A stretch of DNA of 64,000 nucleotides from positions 3,909 through 67,908 of the forward strand of contig SFJE01000004.1 in assembly GCA_004555175.1 (NCBI GenBank), given 5' to 3'. Of the stretch, positions 34,486-44,184 are shown one piece after another. Numbering within the stretch: position 1 is the stretch's first letter; every line of letters begins with the position of its first letter. The stretch is from Lentisphaeraceae bacterium. GTDB lineage: Bacteria > Verrucomicrobiota > Kiritimatiellia > RFP12 > DVOR01. The position numbers were made by a program, and so were the translations under genes. The notes below the pieces were generated by a model. That model was not told where the DNA came from. It was given only the letters and a program-made list of their open reading frames with translations, and made no database searches.

Positions 34486-36690
34486 ATGCAGAACAGATGG
34501 TTTGGATTGGCGCTTGCCGGCACGCTTTGGGTGCTGCCGGGACGCTTGGGTGCGCGCGCGGTGACGGCAGATGAGGCTGTTGCGGCGGCTACAACGTGGA
34601 GTGCGCGCAATGCGCATTTGGTCGAGGCCGCGGCCTCGGGCAGCGTGGGTGCGCCCGAGGCGGTCACCAACGAGGCCGGGCGGGTGCTCTTCTATCTGGT
34701 TCCGGCGGCGAATGGCACGCAGACACTCGCGGTTTCGGGTGAGACGCGTCTGGAGCCGATCTTGGCGGTCTTTTCGGGCGCGGGGACAGCGGGGGGCGCG
34801 GCGATGGTCGACATCCTACGCGCCGATGCGGCTGGGCGCTTGGCGGCGTTGGAGGTGGAATCAACACCGTTGCTCAAGACGGCTGTGGCTACCGAGGCCC
34901 TCTCGCCCGAGGAGCAACGTTGGGCGACACTCTTGGGGCCGAGCGCAACCAACGGTCCGACGCTTAAGGCGGCCTTTTACGCCTTGCCGAGCCAGACGGC
35001 CATTCACTTGAAGGGATGGGCGCGCGAGCAGTTGACGCACTGGAATCAAGGGAACACGAACAACTATCTGAAGGAGACGAAGGGCTACCTCTACAACTAC
35101 TACACGCCGAGCCATTATCCGTGTGGGTGCGTGGCGACGGCGGGTGCGGCGGTGTTGGAGTTCTTCCAGGTCTCTGGCGGCCCTACGGGAATTAAGAAGT
35201 TGTGCAAGTATAACTACAATGACGCTTATTACACCACGTTGGGCGGCACCTACGATTGGTCCATCTTGCCCCAGTGGGTCTTGGGCCAGACAACGCTGGA
35301 TGAGGCGCAGCGCGAACTCCTCGGGCGTGTCACCTTTGATTTGGGCGTTCTTCTGGGGATGGAATACACCTCGGCGGCCTCCGCCTCGACGACGGGCGAC
35401 TTGGCGTCGATCTTCCGAACCTACTACGGTCTGGGCTCGGCGCGCGCGGCAGGGAATATGGAGGACAAAGATTTCGAGCCGCTCATCTACGCGCAGTTGT
35501 GGTTGGGGCGGCCGGTGATCCTCTCCATCTCGGGGTCTGCCGGCGGGCACGCGGTGGTGGCAACGGGCTACGGCGAGGATGCCAACTCGGTCCCCTACAC
35601 GCACATCTCGATGGGGTACGGACGGGACGGGAATGGGTGGTGCGCGCTGCCGACGATTAAGAGCTTTACCACCGTCAAGGGCGTGGTGACGATGATTGGC
35701 TCAGCCGAGGAGCCGACGGTGCCAATCTATGGTCGCGTGAAGACGGCCGCCGGTGCGCCAGCAGCCTTTGTGCCGGTGGAGGCCTGTGGCCGCCTGACCT
35801 GCACCTCTATTCTGGGCACCTTTGCCCTGGGCGTGCGGGCCGATGAACTCCCGAAGCATTACACCTCCCTAACTGTAAAGGTGGCCGGAGAGGACTATCA
35901 GGTCCTTTGTGGCGACCTGCGTGAGGTGGCCGATAGCGGCGCCTATACCTTGGCCGCCAATTTGCCGGCGAAGCTGGAGGTTACGCTTCCAGCCTCGGTC
36001 ACCCCTTTAACGGTCAGTTCTCTACCGGCGGGGGCGAAGAAAACGGCCACGAACTCGGGCAAGCCCCTCGTAATGCTCTCGGGGCCGTGCACTTCGGCAG
36101 CCTTTTGCGAGATGCAGAAAGCGCTTTTTGAGCAGGCCAAGCAGGTGAATAGCCAGGTGGTGCTCTGCCTGAGTAATGCGGGCGCGGGCTATGCATGGTT
36201 TGATGATGACGAGGCCACCTTGCGCCTCTACGACCCGCGCCTCTTTAACGCCACCGAGGACTTTGAGGTCAATCAGCTGGCTCAACTAGCCGCTAGCGCG
36301 ACGATGAAGGATGTGGCCGACCTGATTACAGGTGCGCAGGTAGTCACAGGGCAGAGTTGCTCGGCCTATGTGCCCTATGCGTGGTTCCGGCAGCACTTTG
36401 GCGCGCACCCCGAGAGCGCCACTGCCGCGAAGACCTTGGCCGATGCCGATAGCGATGGCGATGGCTTTACGAATGCGCAAGAGTATGTTTTGGGGACCGA
36501 CCCCACCGACCGCGAGAGCCGCTTCCGCTTTGGCCCCTTTCGCAGTCAGGCCGATGGATCGCTTAGGCCCGAGTACGAACAGGTCACCGGGCGCAAATAC
36601 ACCCTGCAAGGCAAAGCCGCGCTCACCGACGCTTGGGGCGAGCCCGATGCCGATAGTCGCTTCTTCCGCGTACAGATTGCGCTACCATAA
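34486..36690 (+). CDS. secreted C10-family cysteine peptidase (streptopain/SpeB-like) with C-terminal extra domains including a Ca-binding DxDxDGxxxxxE repeat
   Basis: Signal peptide. Catalytic Cys block PCGCVATAGAAVLEFF (compare streptopain GCVATA). His block SAGGHAVVATGY. C-terminal DADSDGDGFTNAQEY thrombospondin-type-3/dockerin-like motif. Confidence 0.75.
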   Translation: MQNRWFGLALAGTLWVLPGRLGARAVTADEAVAAATTWSARNAHLVEAAASGSVGAPEAVTNEAGRVLFYLVPAANGTQTLAVSGETRLEPILAVFSGAGTAGGAAMVDILRADAAGRLAALEVESTPLLKTAVATEALSPEEQRWATLLGPSATNGPTLKAAFYALPSQTAIHLKGWAREQLTHWNQGNTNNYLKETKGYLYNYYTPSHYPCGCVATAGAAVLEFFQVSGGPTGIKKLCKYNYNDAYYTTLGGTYDWSILPQWVLGQTTLDEAQRELLGRVTFDLGVLLGMEYTSAASASTTGDLASIFRTYYGLGSARAAGNMEDKDFEPLIYAQLWLGRPVILSISGSAGGHAVVATGYGEDANSVPYTHISMGYGRDGNGWCALPTIKSFTTVKGVVTMIGSAEEPTVPIYGRVKTAAGAPAAFVPVEACGRLTCTSILGTFALGVRADELPKHYTSLTVKVAGEDYQVLCGDLREVADSGAYTLAANLPAKLEVTLPASVTPLTVSSLPAGAKKTATNSGKPLVMLSGPCTSAAFCEMQKALFEQAKQVNSQVVLCLSNAGAGYAWFDDDEATLRLYDPRLFNATEDFEVNQLAQLAASATMKDVADLITGAQVVTGQSCSAYVPYAWFRQHFGAHPESATAAKTLADADSDGDGFTNAQEYVLGTDPTDRESRFRFGPFRSQADGSLRPEYEQVTGRKYTLQGKAALTDAWGEPDADSRFFRVQIALP

Positions 36691-36751
36691 ACAAGGGGCT
36701 CGCTGTGCGAGCCCCTATCGTCGTCGGGGACAGGTGTGTGCGCTGTGAGTC

Positions 36752-38125
36752 TTACAGGTCGCCCACGTCCACTTCGATGTCGTCCTGCGTCATCGATTTG
36801 CTCTGCTTGCCGCAGGTGTTCATCACGGGGACGGACTTTGGGGCGAAGGCGTAGTGGCCGCCCTGGGTGTTGGAGGCGTCGGCAATCTCCTCGAGGCGCT
36901 GGCGCTCGGTGAAGGTTAGGCGCGTGGTGCAGAAGGGCGGGAAGAGGGGAACGCCATTGGGGGTCTTGGCATACGTTTCGCCCTGCTTTTCCAAGAGGAG
37001 GATGCCGCCGGTGCGGCCGCCGTCGCCACCGTCACCGCCATTGTCGCCGATGAGGATTTCGATGGGGACGCTCTGATCGGCGCGCAGGGTGAACCAATCG
37101 CCGTAGGTGAGCGGGGTGTTCTCGTAGCCGGCGAGCTTGTGGGCGCCGGTAACGGCGGGGTCCTTGAGCGTCCAGCCGCTCTTGATGGCGGTTTCGGCGC
37201 CGGCCTTGGCGTTGCGGGTATCCCAGGCGAACTCGAAGACGGTCTTGCCATTGACGCGCACGACCATCACATCATCGTAGAGCCCGGCCAGGCGGTAGGT
37301 GCCGGAGGCCTCGGGCTGGAGTTGCCCGCGGTAGACCGCCGCCCAGGGCGAGCCCTTCTTGACTTGTTTATCGACCTTGAAGGTCTCCGGGCCAATGGCG
37401 GATTTGACGCGCGGGAGGACGAGGTGGGAGAGGTAGACGCGCTGGGGCACCACGAAGAAGGGCGCGAAGGAGTCCTTAGTAAAGCCGGTGGTGGTGATGT
37501 GGTTGATGTCCTTGAAGAACTGACCAGCGCGGTTCTTGGCGAGCTCGGGGCGCGGCTGCCCCTGCGCGTTGCGCGAGAGGTCGATGAACATTCCCACCAT
37601 ATCGCCGGCCAGACGAGTTCCGCCGCCGATGCCGCCGCCGCCCGATCCGCGTGTGGGAATGCCCACCATCTTAACGACCGAGGCGGTCAACTGCACCGGG
37701 GGCGTGGCGGAAATCGGCTCCTGGGTCACCTCTCCGATGGCCGGGGAGGGAACGTCGGTGACAAATTCGTCGATAATGTCGGTCTCCACATCAAGCTCTT
37801 CCGGGGGCGGGGGCTCAACCTCGTCGAGCTGTTCGGCCTGCGTCGGTTCAATCACCTCGACCTCGACCGCCGGCGGGGGCACGCGCTTGCCGCCAATGGA
37901 GACCGAGCACATAATCGCGCAGACGAGTAGGGGGAAGGTGATGCCTAGCAGCGGCGCCCATTGGCGCTGCAACTCCTTCATCGCCTCCTTGTGGGCCAGG
38001 CTCTCGCGCGGCTGGGCCAGCCCGCGGAACATATCGGCCAAGCGGCGGAAGTAGCCGCGCTCCTCCTGTTCAAAGAGCTTAAGGACCTCATCCTGTTGGG
38101 GCACCGAAGTGGTTGTTTCGTCCAT
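36752..38125 (-). CDS. membrane-anchored protein with acidic linker and C-terminal PA14-like beta domain
   Basis: Start MDETTTSV at 38125 follows a strong AAGGAGG RBS. The track ORF continues upstream only as antisense of the 38255-39454 gene. TM segment PLLGITFPLLVCAIMCSVSIGG. C-terminal GTYRLAGLYDDVMVVRVNGKTVFEF...IEILIGDNGGDGG has a PA14-like pattern. Confidence 0.6.
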   Translation of the reverse strand: MDETTTSVPQQDEVLKLFEQEERGYFRRLADMFRGLAQPRESLAHKEAMKELQRQWAPLLGITFPLLVCAIMCSVSIGGKRVPPPAVEVEVIEPTQAEQLDEVEPPPPEELDVETDIIDEFVTDVPSPAIGEVTQEPISATPPVQLTASVVKMVGIPTRGSGGGGIGGGTRLAGDMVGMFIDLSRNAQGQPRPELAKNRAGQFFKDINHITTTGFTKDSFAPFFVVPQRVYLSHLVLPRVKSAIGPETFKVDKQVKKGSPWAAVYRGQLQPEASGTYRLAGLYDDVMVVRVNGKTVFEFAWDTRNAKAGAETAIKSGWTLKDPAVTGAHKLAGYENTPLTYGDWFTLRADQSVPIEILIGDNGGDGGDGGRTGGILLLEKQGETYAKTPNGVPLFPPFCTTRLTFTERQRLEEIADASNTQGGHYAFAPKSVPVMNTCGKQSKSMTQDDIEVDVGDL

Positions 38126-38254
38126 ACTAACCTCCTTATTAGAGTTCGCTAATAGGATAGCGCAGATGGCAAAGGAATGCAAGCGCCGCCTCTGGCATTG
38201 TGCTACAATGGGGCCATCTTCCCGATGTGTTGGATTTGCAGAAAGGACAGAGCC

Positions 38255-39454
38255 ATGCGGGTTTTGATGATTGGTGCCGGCGGCGTCGGCAGTGTGGTGG
38301 CGCATAAGTTGGCGCAGGTGCCGGAGGTCTTCTCCGAGATCCTGCTCGCTTCGCGGACGAAGGCGCGCGTGGATGTGTTGGCTGCGGAGTTGGGGCGGCC
38401 GGTGCAGACGGCGCAGGTGGATGCGGATAATGTGCCCGAGCTGGTGGCGCTTATCCGTAGCTTCAAGCCGGATTTGGTGATGAATATTGCCTTGCCCTAT
38501 CAGGATTTGCACATTATGGATGCCTGTTTGGAGGCGGGGTGCGACTATTTGGACACGGCGAACTACGAGCCGTTGGACACGGCGAAGTTCGAGTACAAGT
38601 GGCAGTGGGCCTATCAGGAGCGCTTCAAGGAAGCCGGGCGGATGGCGCTCTTGGGCAGCGGCTTCGATCCGGGGGTCTCGTCGGTCTTCTGCACCTATAT
38701 TCAGAAGCACTACATTCCGCAGATTCGCGAGATTGACATTATCGACTGCAACGCGGGCAACAATGGTCACCCCTTTGCGACGAACTTCAATCCGGAGATT
38801 AATATCCGCGAAGTGTCGGCCAAGGGGCGCTATTGGGAGCAGGGCAAGGGCTTTGTGGAGACCGAGCCGCTCTCGGTCAAGCAGCCCTTCGAGATGCCCG
38901 AGGGGTTGGGCACGCTCAACACCTATCTGATGTACCACGAGGAGCTTGAGAGTTTGGCCAAGTTCATCCCCGGCCTCCAGCGCGCGCGCTTCTGGATGAG
39001 CTTCTCGGATAACTACCTCAAGCACCTGGAGGTGCTCAAGAATGTGGGTATGACGCGGATCGACCCGGTGATGTACCAGGGCCGCGAGATTGTCCCCATT
39101 CAGTTCCTCAAAGCGCTCTTGCCCGACCCGGCCACCCTCGGTCCGGTCACCAAGGGCAAGACCTGCATCGGCTGCCAGGTGCGCGGGTTGGACTTCGAGG
39201 GCAAGCCCAAGACGGTCTACATCTACAACATCTGCGACCACCAGGCGTGCTACAAGGAGGTCAAGTCCCAGGCCATCAGCTACACCACCGGCGTGCCGGC
39301 AATGATTGGCGCGAAGATGATGCTCACCGGCAAGTGGCGCGGCACGGGCGTCTTCAACATGGAACAGTTCGACCCCGATCCCTTTATGGAGGACCTCGGC
39401 AAGTACGGTCTGCCCTGGAAGGTGATTGAGGGAGAAGTCTTCCATCGAGCGTAA
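38255..39454 (+). CDS. saccharopine dehydrogenase family NAD(P) enzyme, probable carboxy(nor)spermidine synthase/dehydrogenase
   Basis: Start MRVLMIGAGGVGSVVAHKLA (Rossmann GxGxxG) follows an AAAGGA RBS. ~400 aa. Neighbourhood with speA suggests polyamine biosynthesis. Confidence 0.65.
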   Translation: MRVLMIGAGGVGSVVAHKLAQVPEVFSEILLASRTKARVDVLAAELGRPVQTAQVDADNVPELVALIRSFKPDLVMNIALPYQDLHIMDACLEAGCDYLDTANYEPLDTAKFEYKWQWAYQERFKEAGRMALLGSGFDPGVSSVFCTYIQKHYIPQIREIDIIDCNAGNNGHPFATNFNPEINIREVSAKGRYWEQGKGFVETEPLSVKQPFEMPEGLGTLNTYLMYHEELESLAKFIPGLQRARFWMSFSDNYLKHLEVLKNVGMTRIDPVMYQGREIVPIQFLKALLPDPATLGPVTKGKTCIGCQVRGLDFEGKPKTVYIYNICDHQACYKEVKSQAISYTTGVPAMIGAKMMLTGKWRGTGVFNMEQFDPDPFMEDLGKYGLPWKVIEGEVFHRA

Positions 39455-39455
39455 G

Positions 39456-40640
39456 ATGGAAGCGCTCCTGGCGGCAAAGGCGGCCGCGCGCAAGGTTGGG
39501 CAACTGACCGATGGCGCGCGGCGCGACCTGCTGGACGCATTGGCTGCGGCCCTGCGGCGGTCGGCCGATGAACTCCTCAAGGCGAACGAAGCGGATGTGG
39601 CGGCGATGGCGCCCGAGGATCCGCGGCGGGATCGTTTGCTCTTGACGCCGGAGCGTCTGGCGGGCGTTGCTGCGGGGGTGGAGGCGGTTTCGCGTCTGCG
39701 TGAGGTGCTTTGGGAGGAGCTGGAGGCGCGCGAGCGGCCGAGCGGAATCCGCCTGCGGCGCGTGCGCGTGCCGTTGGGGGTGGTGGGGTGTATCTACGAG
39801 GCGCGGCCGAATGTTACGGTGGATGTGGCCGCGCTCTGTCTGCGGGCCGGGAATGTGGCCGTGCTCAAGGGGGGCAAGGAGGCCGCGTGGACGAATGAGG
39901 CGCTGGCCGATGTGATGGGCGGAGTGCTGCGCGCGGCGGGTCTGCCCGAGGCGGCGGTCACGCTTTTGCCGCCAACGCACGCGGCCGCCGAGGCGTTGAT
40001 GCGGGCCGAGGGGTTGGTGGATGTGCTGATTCCGCGTGGGAGTGCCGGGCTGATACGCGCGGTGCGGCAGCAGGCGCGCGTGCCGGTGATCGAGACGGGG
40101 GCGGGGGTCTGCCACACCTACCTGCACGAAGATGCGGATGTGGCGGTGGCTGCGCGGGTGGTTGAGAATGGGAAGACGCGGCGGGTTTCGGTGTGTAATG
40201 CGCTAGACTGCCTGCTGGTGCACCGGGCATTGGCGGGGGAGACGTTAGAGCAGATTTTGGCACCGTGCCGCGCGAAGGGGGTGGCGCTTCACACCGAGCC
40301 GGAGACGTGGGGGCGCGAGTGGCTCTCGATGGCGATGTCGGTGCGGGTGGTCGATTCGCTTGATGAGGCGCTCGAGCACATCGCGCGTTTTGGGTCGGGC
40401 CACAGCGAGGCGATTGTCACGCAGAGCGCCGAGGTTGCCCAGCGCTTCCAACGGGAGGTGGATGCTGCGTGCGTCTATGTGAACACGCCCACGGCCTTTA
40501 CCGATGGCGGAGAGTTTGGATTGGGGGCGGAGGTGGGCATCTCTACCCAAAAGTTGCACGCGCGTGGGCCGATGGGCCTGACCGCGCTGACCACCAGCAA
40601 GTGGCTCGTTGAGAGCGATGGAGCCGTGAGAGCAGAATGA
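39456..40640 (+). CDS. proA: gamma-glutamyl phosphate reductase
   Basis: Aldehyde-dehydrogenase fold with the ProA-typical sequence (CNALDCLLVH; NTPTAFTDGGEFGLGAEVG). Start MEALLAAKAAARKVGQ at 39456. Confidence 0.85.
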   Translation: MEALLAAKAAARKVGQLTDGARRDLLDALAAALRRSADELLKANEADVAAMAPEDPRRDRLLLTPERLAGVAAGVEAVSRLREVLWEELEARERPSGIRLRRVRVPLGVVGCIYEARPNVTVDVAALCLRAGNVAVLKGGKEAAWTNEALADVMGGVLRAAGLPEAAVTLLPPTHAAAEALMRAEGLVDVLIPRGSAGLIRAVRQQARVPVIETGAGVCHTYLHEDADVAVAARVVENGKTRRVSVCNALDCLLVHRALAGETLEQILAPCRAKGVALHTEPETWGREWLSMAMSVRVVDSLDEALEHIARFGSGHSEAIVTQSAEVAQRFQREVDAACVYVNTPTAFTDGGEFGLGAEVGISTQKLHARGPMGLTALTTSKWLVESDGAVRAE

Positions 40641-41299
40641 TGACCGACCTATCTCCCGAAGCCTTGCGGCAAGCTAAGAAAGCAATCCGCGCGCAGATGC
40701 GCCAGTTGCGCGCGGAGGTCTCCAAGCAGGACCGCTTTTTGGCCGGCAAGCAGGCCGCCGAGATGCTGCTTGATGCGCGCGGGTTGGCCTTGGTGCCGCG
40801 CTTTCGCACTTTTGCTTCCTACCTGAGCACGGATGAAGAGTTCCCCACCGAGGAGTTGCATCTGTCGCTCTTTCAGGTGGGGGCCGTAGTGGCTGTGCCG
40901 CGCTTCTCGCAGCGGCTGCAGGATTACCACTGGGCACCCTTGCCGCCGGGCGCGCCGTTGCGTCAGGGACCGCATGGCATCTGGGAGCCGGCCGAGCCGC
41001 TACGCGTGAGTCGCGCCGCGATGGAGGTGGTGTTGGTGCCGGGTTTGGCCTTTGATACGCGCGGCGGGCGGATTGGATATGGCGCGGGGATCTACGACCG
41101 GCTCTTGGCGCAGTTGCGCCCGAGTGTGTTGCGGGTGGGCGTGGCTTACAATTGCCAGGTACTGCGCGAGGCGCTCCCTCAGGAGGCGCACGATCGGCTG
41201 ATGGACTACATTGTCACCGAGGATCATTGGATTGACTGCCGCCGCGCGCGGAATATCCGCCGCTCGGGCTATGGTGCGCCAACGCCGGTGGTCAAGTGA
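40637..41299 (+). CDS. 5-formyltetrahydrofolate cyclo-ligase
   Basis: 220 aa with GGRIGYGAGIYDR, the MTHFS signature GxGxGYYDR. Confidence 0.75.
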   Translation: MMTDLSPEALRQAKKAIRAQMRQLRAEVSKQDRFLAGKQAAEMLLDARGLALVPRFRTFASYLSTDEEFPTEELHLSLFQVGAVVAVPRFSQRLQDYHWAPLPPGAPLRQGPHGIWEPAEPLRVSRAAMEVVLVPGLAFDTRGGRIGYGAGIYDRLLAQLRPSVLRVGVAYNCQVLREALPQEAHDRLMDYIVTEDHWIDCRRARNIRRSGYGAPTPVVK

Positions 41300-41300
41300 G

Positions 41301-42098
41301 ATGACTTCGCCTGCCTTTTCATTGCAGTTCCTGGGCACGGGCACCTCGGTGGGGGTGCCGATGATTGGCTGCGCCTGCCCGGTCTGCACCAGTGCCGACC
41401 CGCGCGACCGCCGCCGCCGCGCCTGTGCCTATGTTCGCCTAGGCGAGCGCGCCCTCTTGCTCGATGCCGGGCCGGACCTGCGCGAGGCGTGCCTCCAGTG
41501 GCGCGTGGCGCGGGTCGATGCCGTCTTCATCACCCATCTCCATGCCGACCACATCTTCGGCTTTGACGATATTCGCCGCTTCAACACCCTTCAAGGCAAC
41601 CAGGTCATCGCCTGCTATGCTGGGCCTGAAACGCTCGCGGGGATGCGCCGAATCTTCCCGTACATTTCCAGCCGCCCAAACGCGCAGGGGCTCTATCGGC
41701 CGCTGATTGACTTTGTGCCCGTGCAGGGGCCCTTCGAGGCCTTGGGCGCGCGCCTCACGCCCTTGCGTGTGGAGCATGGAAACCTCGAGACGCTGGGGCT
41801 GCGTATCGACTTCGCCGGCCGATCCCTCGCCTACCTGCCTGATGTCCACACGTTGCCCGAGGAGACCCTTGATCAGCTCCAGGGGCTGGATCTGTTGGTG
41901 CTTAACTTGCTGCGTCTGCGCCCGCACCCCACCCACCTCACCCTCGAGCGCGCGGTGGATTACGCCCAACGCATCGCCCCTCGCCAGACGCTCTTCACGC
42001 ACCTCTCGCACGATCTGCCGCACGCCGACTTCGCGCCGCTCCTCCCGCCCGGGATGGCTATCGCCTGGGATGGGATGGAATACGCGCTGCGTGCGTAG
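41301..42098 (+). CDS. MBL-fold metallo-hydrolase (PhnP/YhfI-like)
   Basis: THLHADH zinc-binding motif. Start MTSPAFSLQFLGTGTS at 41301 immediately follows the upstream stop. Confidence 0.75.
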   Translation: MTSPAFSLQFLGTGTSVGVPMIGCACPVCTSADPRDRRRRACAYVRLGERALLLDAGPDLREACLQWRVARVDAVFITHLHADHIFGFDDIRRFNTLQGNQVIACYAGPETLAGMRRIFPYISSRPNAQGLYRPLIDFVPVQGPFEALGARLTPLRVEHGNLETLGLRIDFAGRSLAYLPDVHTLPEETLDQLQGLDLLVLNLLRLRPHPTHLTLERAVDYAQRIAPRQTLFTHLSHDLPHADFAPLLPPGMAIAWDGMEYALRA

Positions 42099-42159
42099 AG
42101 GAGAGAGGGCCTGTCCGTCTCGGCACGCGTGCTGTCATCTGTCCTCCGTCATCTGTCAT

Positions 42160-42190
42160 CGTCTTAACAGTACGGGCGCGGCAATTGCCG
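42160..42190. terminator. bidirectional rho-independent terminator between convergent genes (perfect 12-bp palindrome cgggcgcggcaa/ttgccgcgcccg)
   Basis: acgggcgcggcaattgccgcgcccgtgctgttaatctg lies between the MBL hydrolase (plus) and galE (minus) 3' ends. Confidence 0.7.
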
Positions 42191-42220
42191 CGCCCGTGCT
42201 GTTAATCTGCAAACAGAGGC

Positions 42221-43237
42221 TTACTCTGCATAGCCGTTGGGGTTCATCGACTGCCACTTCCAAGAGGAGGCGCACATGTCATCGAGCGTGTGCGTGGCGG
42301 TCCAACCGAGGAGCTCCTTGGCGTAGGTGGGGTCGGCGTAGCACTCGGGGGCGTCACCCGGGCGGCGGGGGGCGATCTCGTAGGGGATTTCCTTGCCGCA
42401 AGCCTTGGAGAAGGCGTGAATCATGTCGAGGACCGAGTAGCCGGTGCCGGTGCCGAGGTTGACGGTGTAGAGCTTGCCAGGGGTCTGCTCAAGCTTCTTG
42501 AGGGCGGCGAGGTGGCCGCGGGCCAGGTCGACCACGTGGATGTAGTCGCGCACGCCGGTGCCATCCTTGGTGGGATAGTCATCGCCGAAGACGCGAACCT
42601 TGGGCAGGCGGCCAACGGCGACCTGGGCGATGTAGGGCATCAGGTTGTTGGGGATGCCGTTGGGATTTTCGCCGATGCGGCCGGAGGGGTGGGCGCCGAC
42701 GGGGTTGAAGTAGCGCAGGAGCATCACGCCCAGGTCGGGTTCGGCGGCCTTGACGTCGCTCAGGACGCGCTCGAGGAAGAGCTTGGTGGCGCCGTAGGGG
42801 TTGAGGGCGCCGGTGGAGCAGCTTTCATCGAGCGGGACCTTCTCGGGCATGCCGTAGACGGTGGCCGAGGAGGAGAAGACGATGTTGCGGCAGCCATACT
42901 CCTTCATCAGCTTGAGGAGGTTGAAGGTGCCGGTCATGTTGTTGTGGTAGTAGAAGAGGGGCTTGGCAACCGATTCACCCACAGCCTTGAGGCCGGCGAA
43001 GTGGATGACTGCATCGTAGTGGGCCTTCTTGAAGACCTCTTCAAGCGCCTCGTAGTCCAGCAGGTCCACCTTGTAGAAGTGGGGGGTGCGGCCGGCGAGT
43101 TCGGCGCCGCGCTTGACGGCCTCTTCCTGGGAGTTGTAGAGGTTGTCGACGATGGTCACTTCGTATCCGGCCTGTTGGAGCTCGATGACGGTGTGGGTTC
43201 CGATATATCCGGCGCCGCCGGTGACGAGGATGTGCAT
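42221..43237 (-). CDS. galE: UDP-glucose 4-epimerase
   Basis: N-terminal GGAGYIGTH (NAD Rossmann), catalytic YGATK, full-length 338 aa GalE-like. Confidence 0.9.
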   Translation of the reverse strand: MHILVTGGAGYIGTHTVIELQQAGYEVTIVDNLYNSQEEAVKRGAELAGRTPHFYKVDLLDYEALEEVFKKAHYDAVIHFAGLKAVGESVAKPLFYYHNNMTGTFNLLKLMKEYGCRNIVFSSSATVYGMPEKVPLDESCSTGALNPYGATKLFLERVLSDVKAAEPDLGVMLLRYFNPVGAHPSGRIGENPNGIPNNLMPYIAQVAVGRLPKVRVFGDDYPTKDGTGVRDYIHVVDLARGHLAALKKLEQTPGKLYTVNLGTGTGYSVLDMIHAFSKACGKEIPYEIAPRRPGDAPECYADPTYAKELLGWTATHTLDDMCASSWKWQSMNPNGYAE

Positions 43238-43267
43238 GGATTGATCCTTTCTTTCGTGTTTAAGCCG

Positions 43268-44168
43268 TTACCATTCAGCTGTGAAACTGACAGAACTTTC
43301 CCCCGGCTTGAGCGGGGTTGCCAGGAGGGGTTCTCCGGCGTAAAGGTGGGCAATGTCCGCAGCCAACGTTTCCCAATTAGGATAGCGCAGTGTGCGGTCT
43401 TTGGCAAGCATGCGGTTGAGCATGAGGGCGAGGGGGCGCGGGATGGCGGGCATCAGCACGCGCGGATCGCGGGCGAAGTTGGGGCCAATGTGCGCATCGA
43501 CCACCTGCTGATCGGTCTTGCCAGGAAAGAGGATATGGCCTGTGAGCAGGTGATAGAGCGTGGCGCCGAGGGAGTAAATGTCCGCGCGGCAGTCAAGGTC
43601 GGGCAAGTCGTAAATCTGGTCCGGGCTCATATAGGCCGGCGTGCCCATAATTTCGCCGGCACTGTCGGCTGCGCCCTCCTTCGCTGCGGTGAGTACCGAG
43701 CGCGAGATGCCCAAATCCATCACCTTGACGGTGCCATCGGCATCGACCATCAAGTTGTCGGGCTTCAAGTCGCAATGGACCACGCGGAAGCGTTGCCAGG
43801 CGTACTGCAGCGCATCGGTCACCGATTCCAGGATAATCAGCCCGTCATCGACATCCAGGTGGCCCTTGCGGGCGAGGTAGGAGGCAAAGGTGTAGCCGCG
43901 CACCCACTCCATCACAAAGTAGGAGAACCCGGCCTTTTCGCCGGTGTCGTAGACGCGTACAATGTTGCGATGCTGGAAGCGCGCGCAGGCTTTGGCTTCG
44001 TTGTGGAAGCGCTCGACATCTTCGGCCGTGCGCACAAAGTCCTCCTTGAGCACCTTGACGGCCACTTCACGCCCCGTGGAGAGCTGCCGCGCGCGGTAGA
44101 CTGTTGCGGTTCCGCCCTCGCCGAGCACCGCTTCCAGGACTAGGTTGGGAAAGATGTCTGCGGGCGGA
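43268..44168 (-). CDS. Hanks-type serine/threonine protein kinase (catalytic domain only)
   Basis: LGEGGTATVYRARQ (Gly loop), AVKVLK (Lys), VHCDLKPDNL (catalytic loop), DLGISRS (DFG-like). Probable TTG start near 44168; the track ORF runs to 44329 through R-rich sequence. Confidence 0.75.
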
Positions 44169-44184
44169 AGGTCGGCCAAGGGGA

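Noticed and set aside
38126-39580. N-terminal 485 aa of the 942-aa minus-strand ORF 36752-39580
   Set aside because: This part is antisense to the well-supported saccharopine-DH-family gene (38255-39454, plus). Composition is R/H/L-rich and junk-like. A strong AAGGAGG RBS and ATG at 38125 define the real start of the PA14-like protein.
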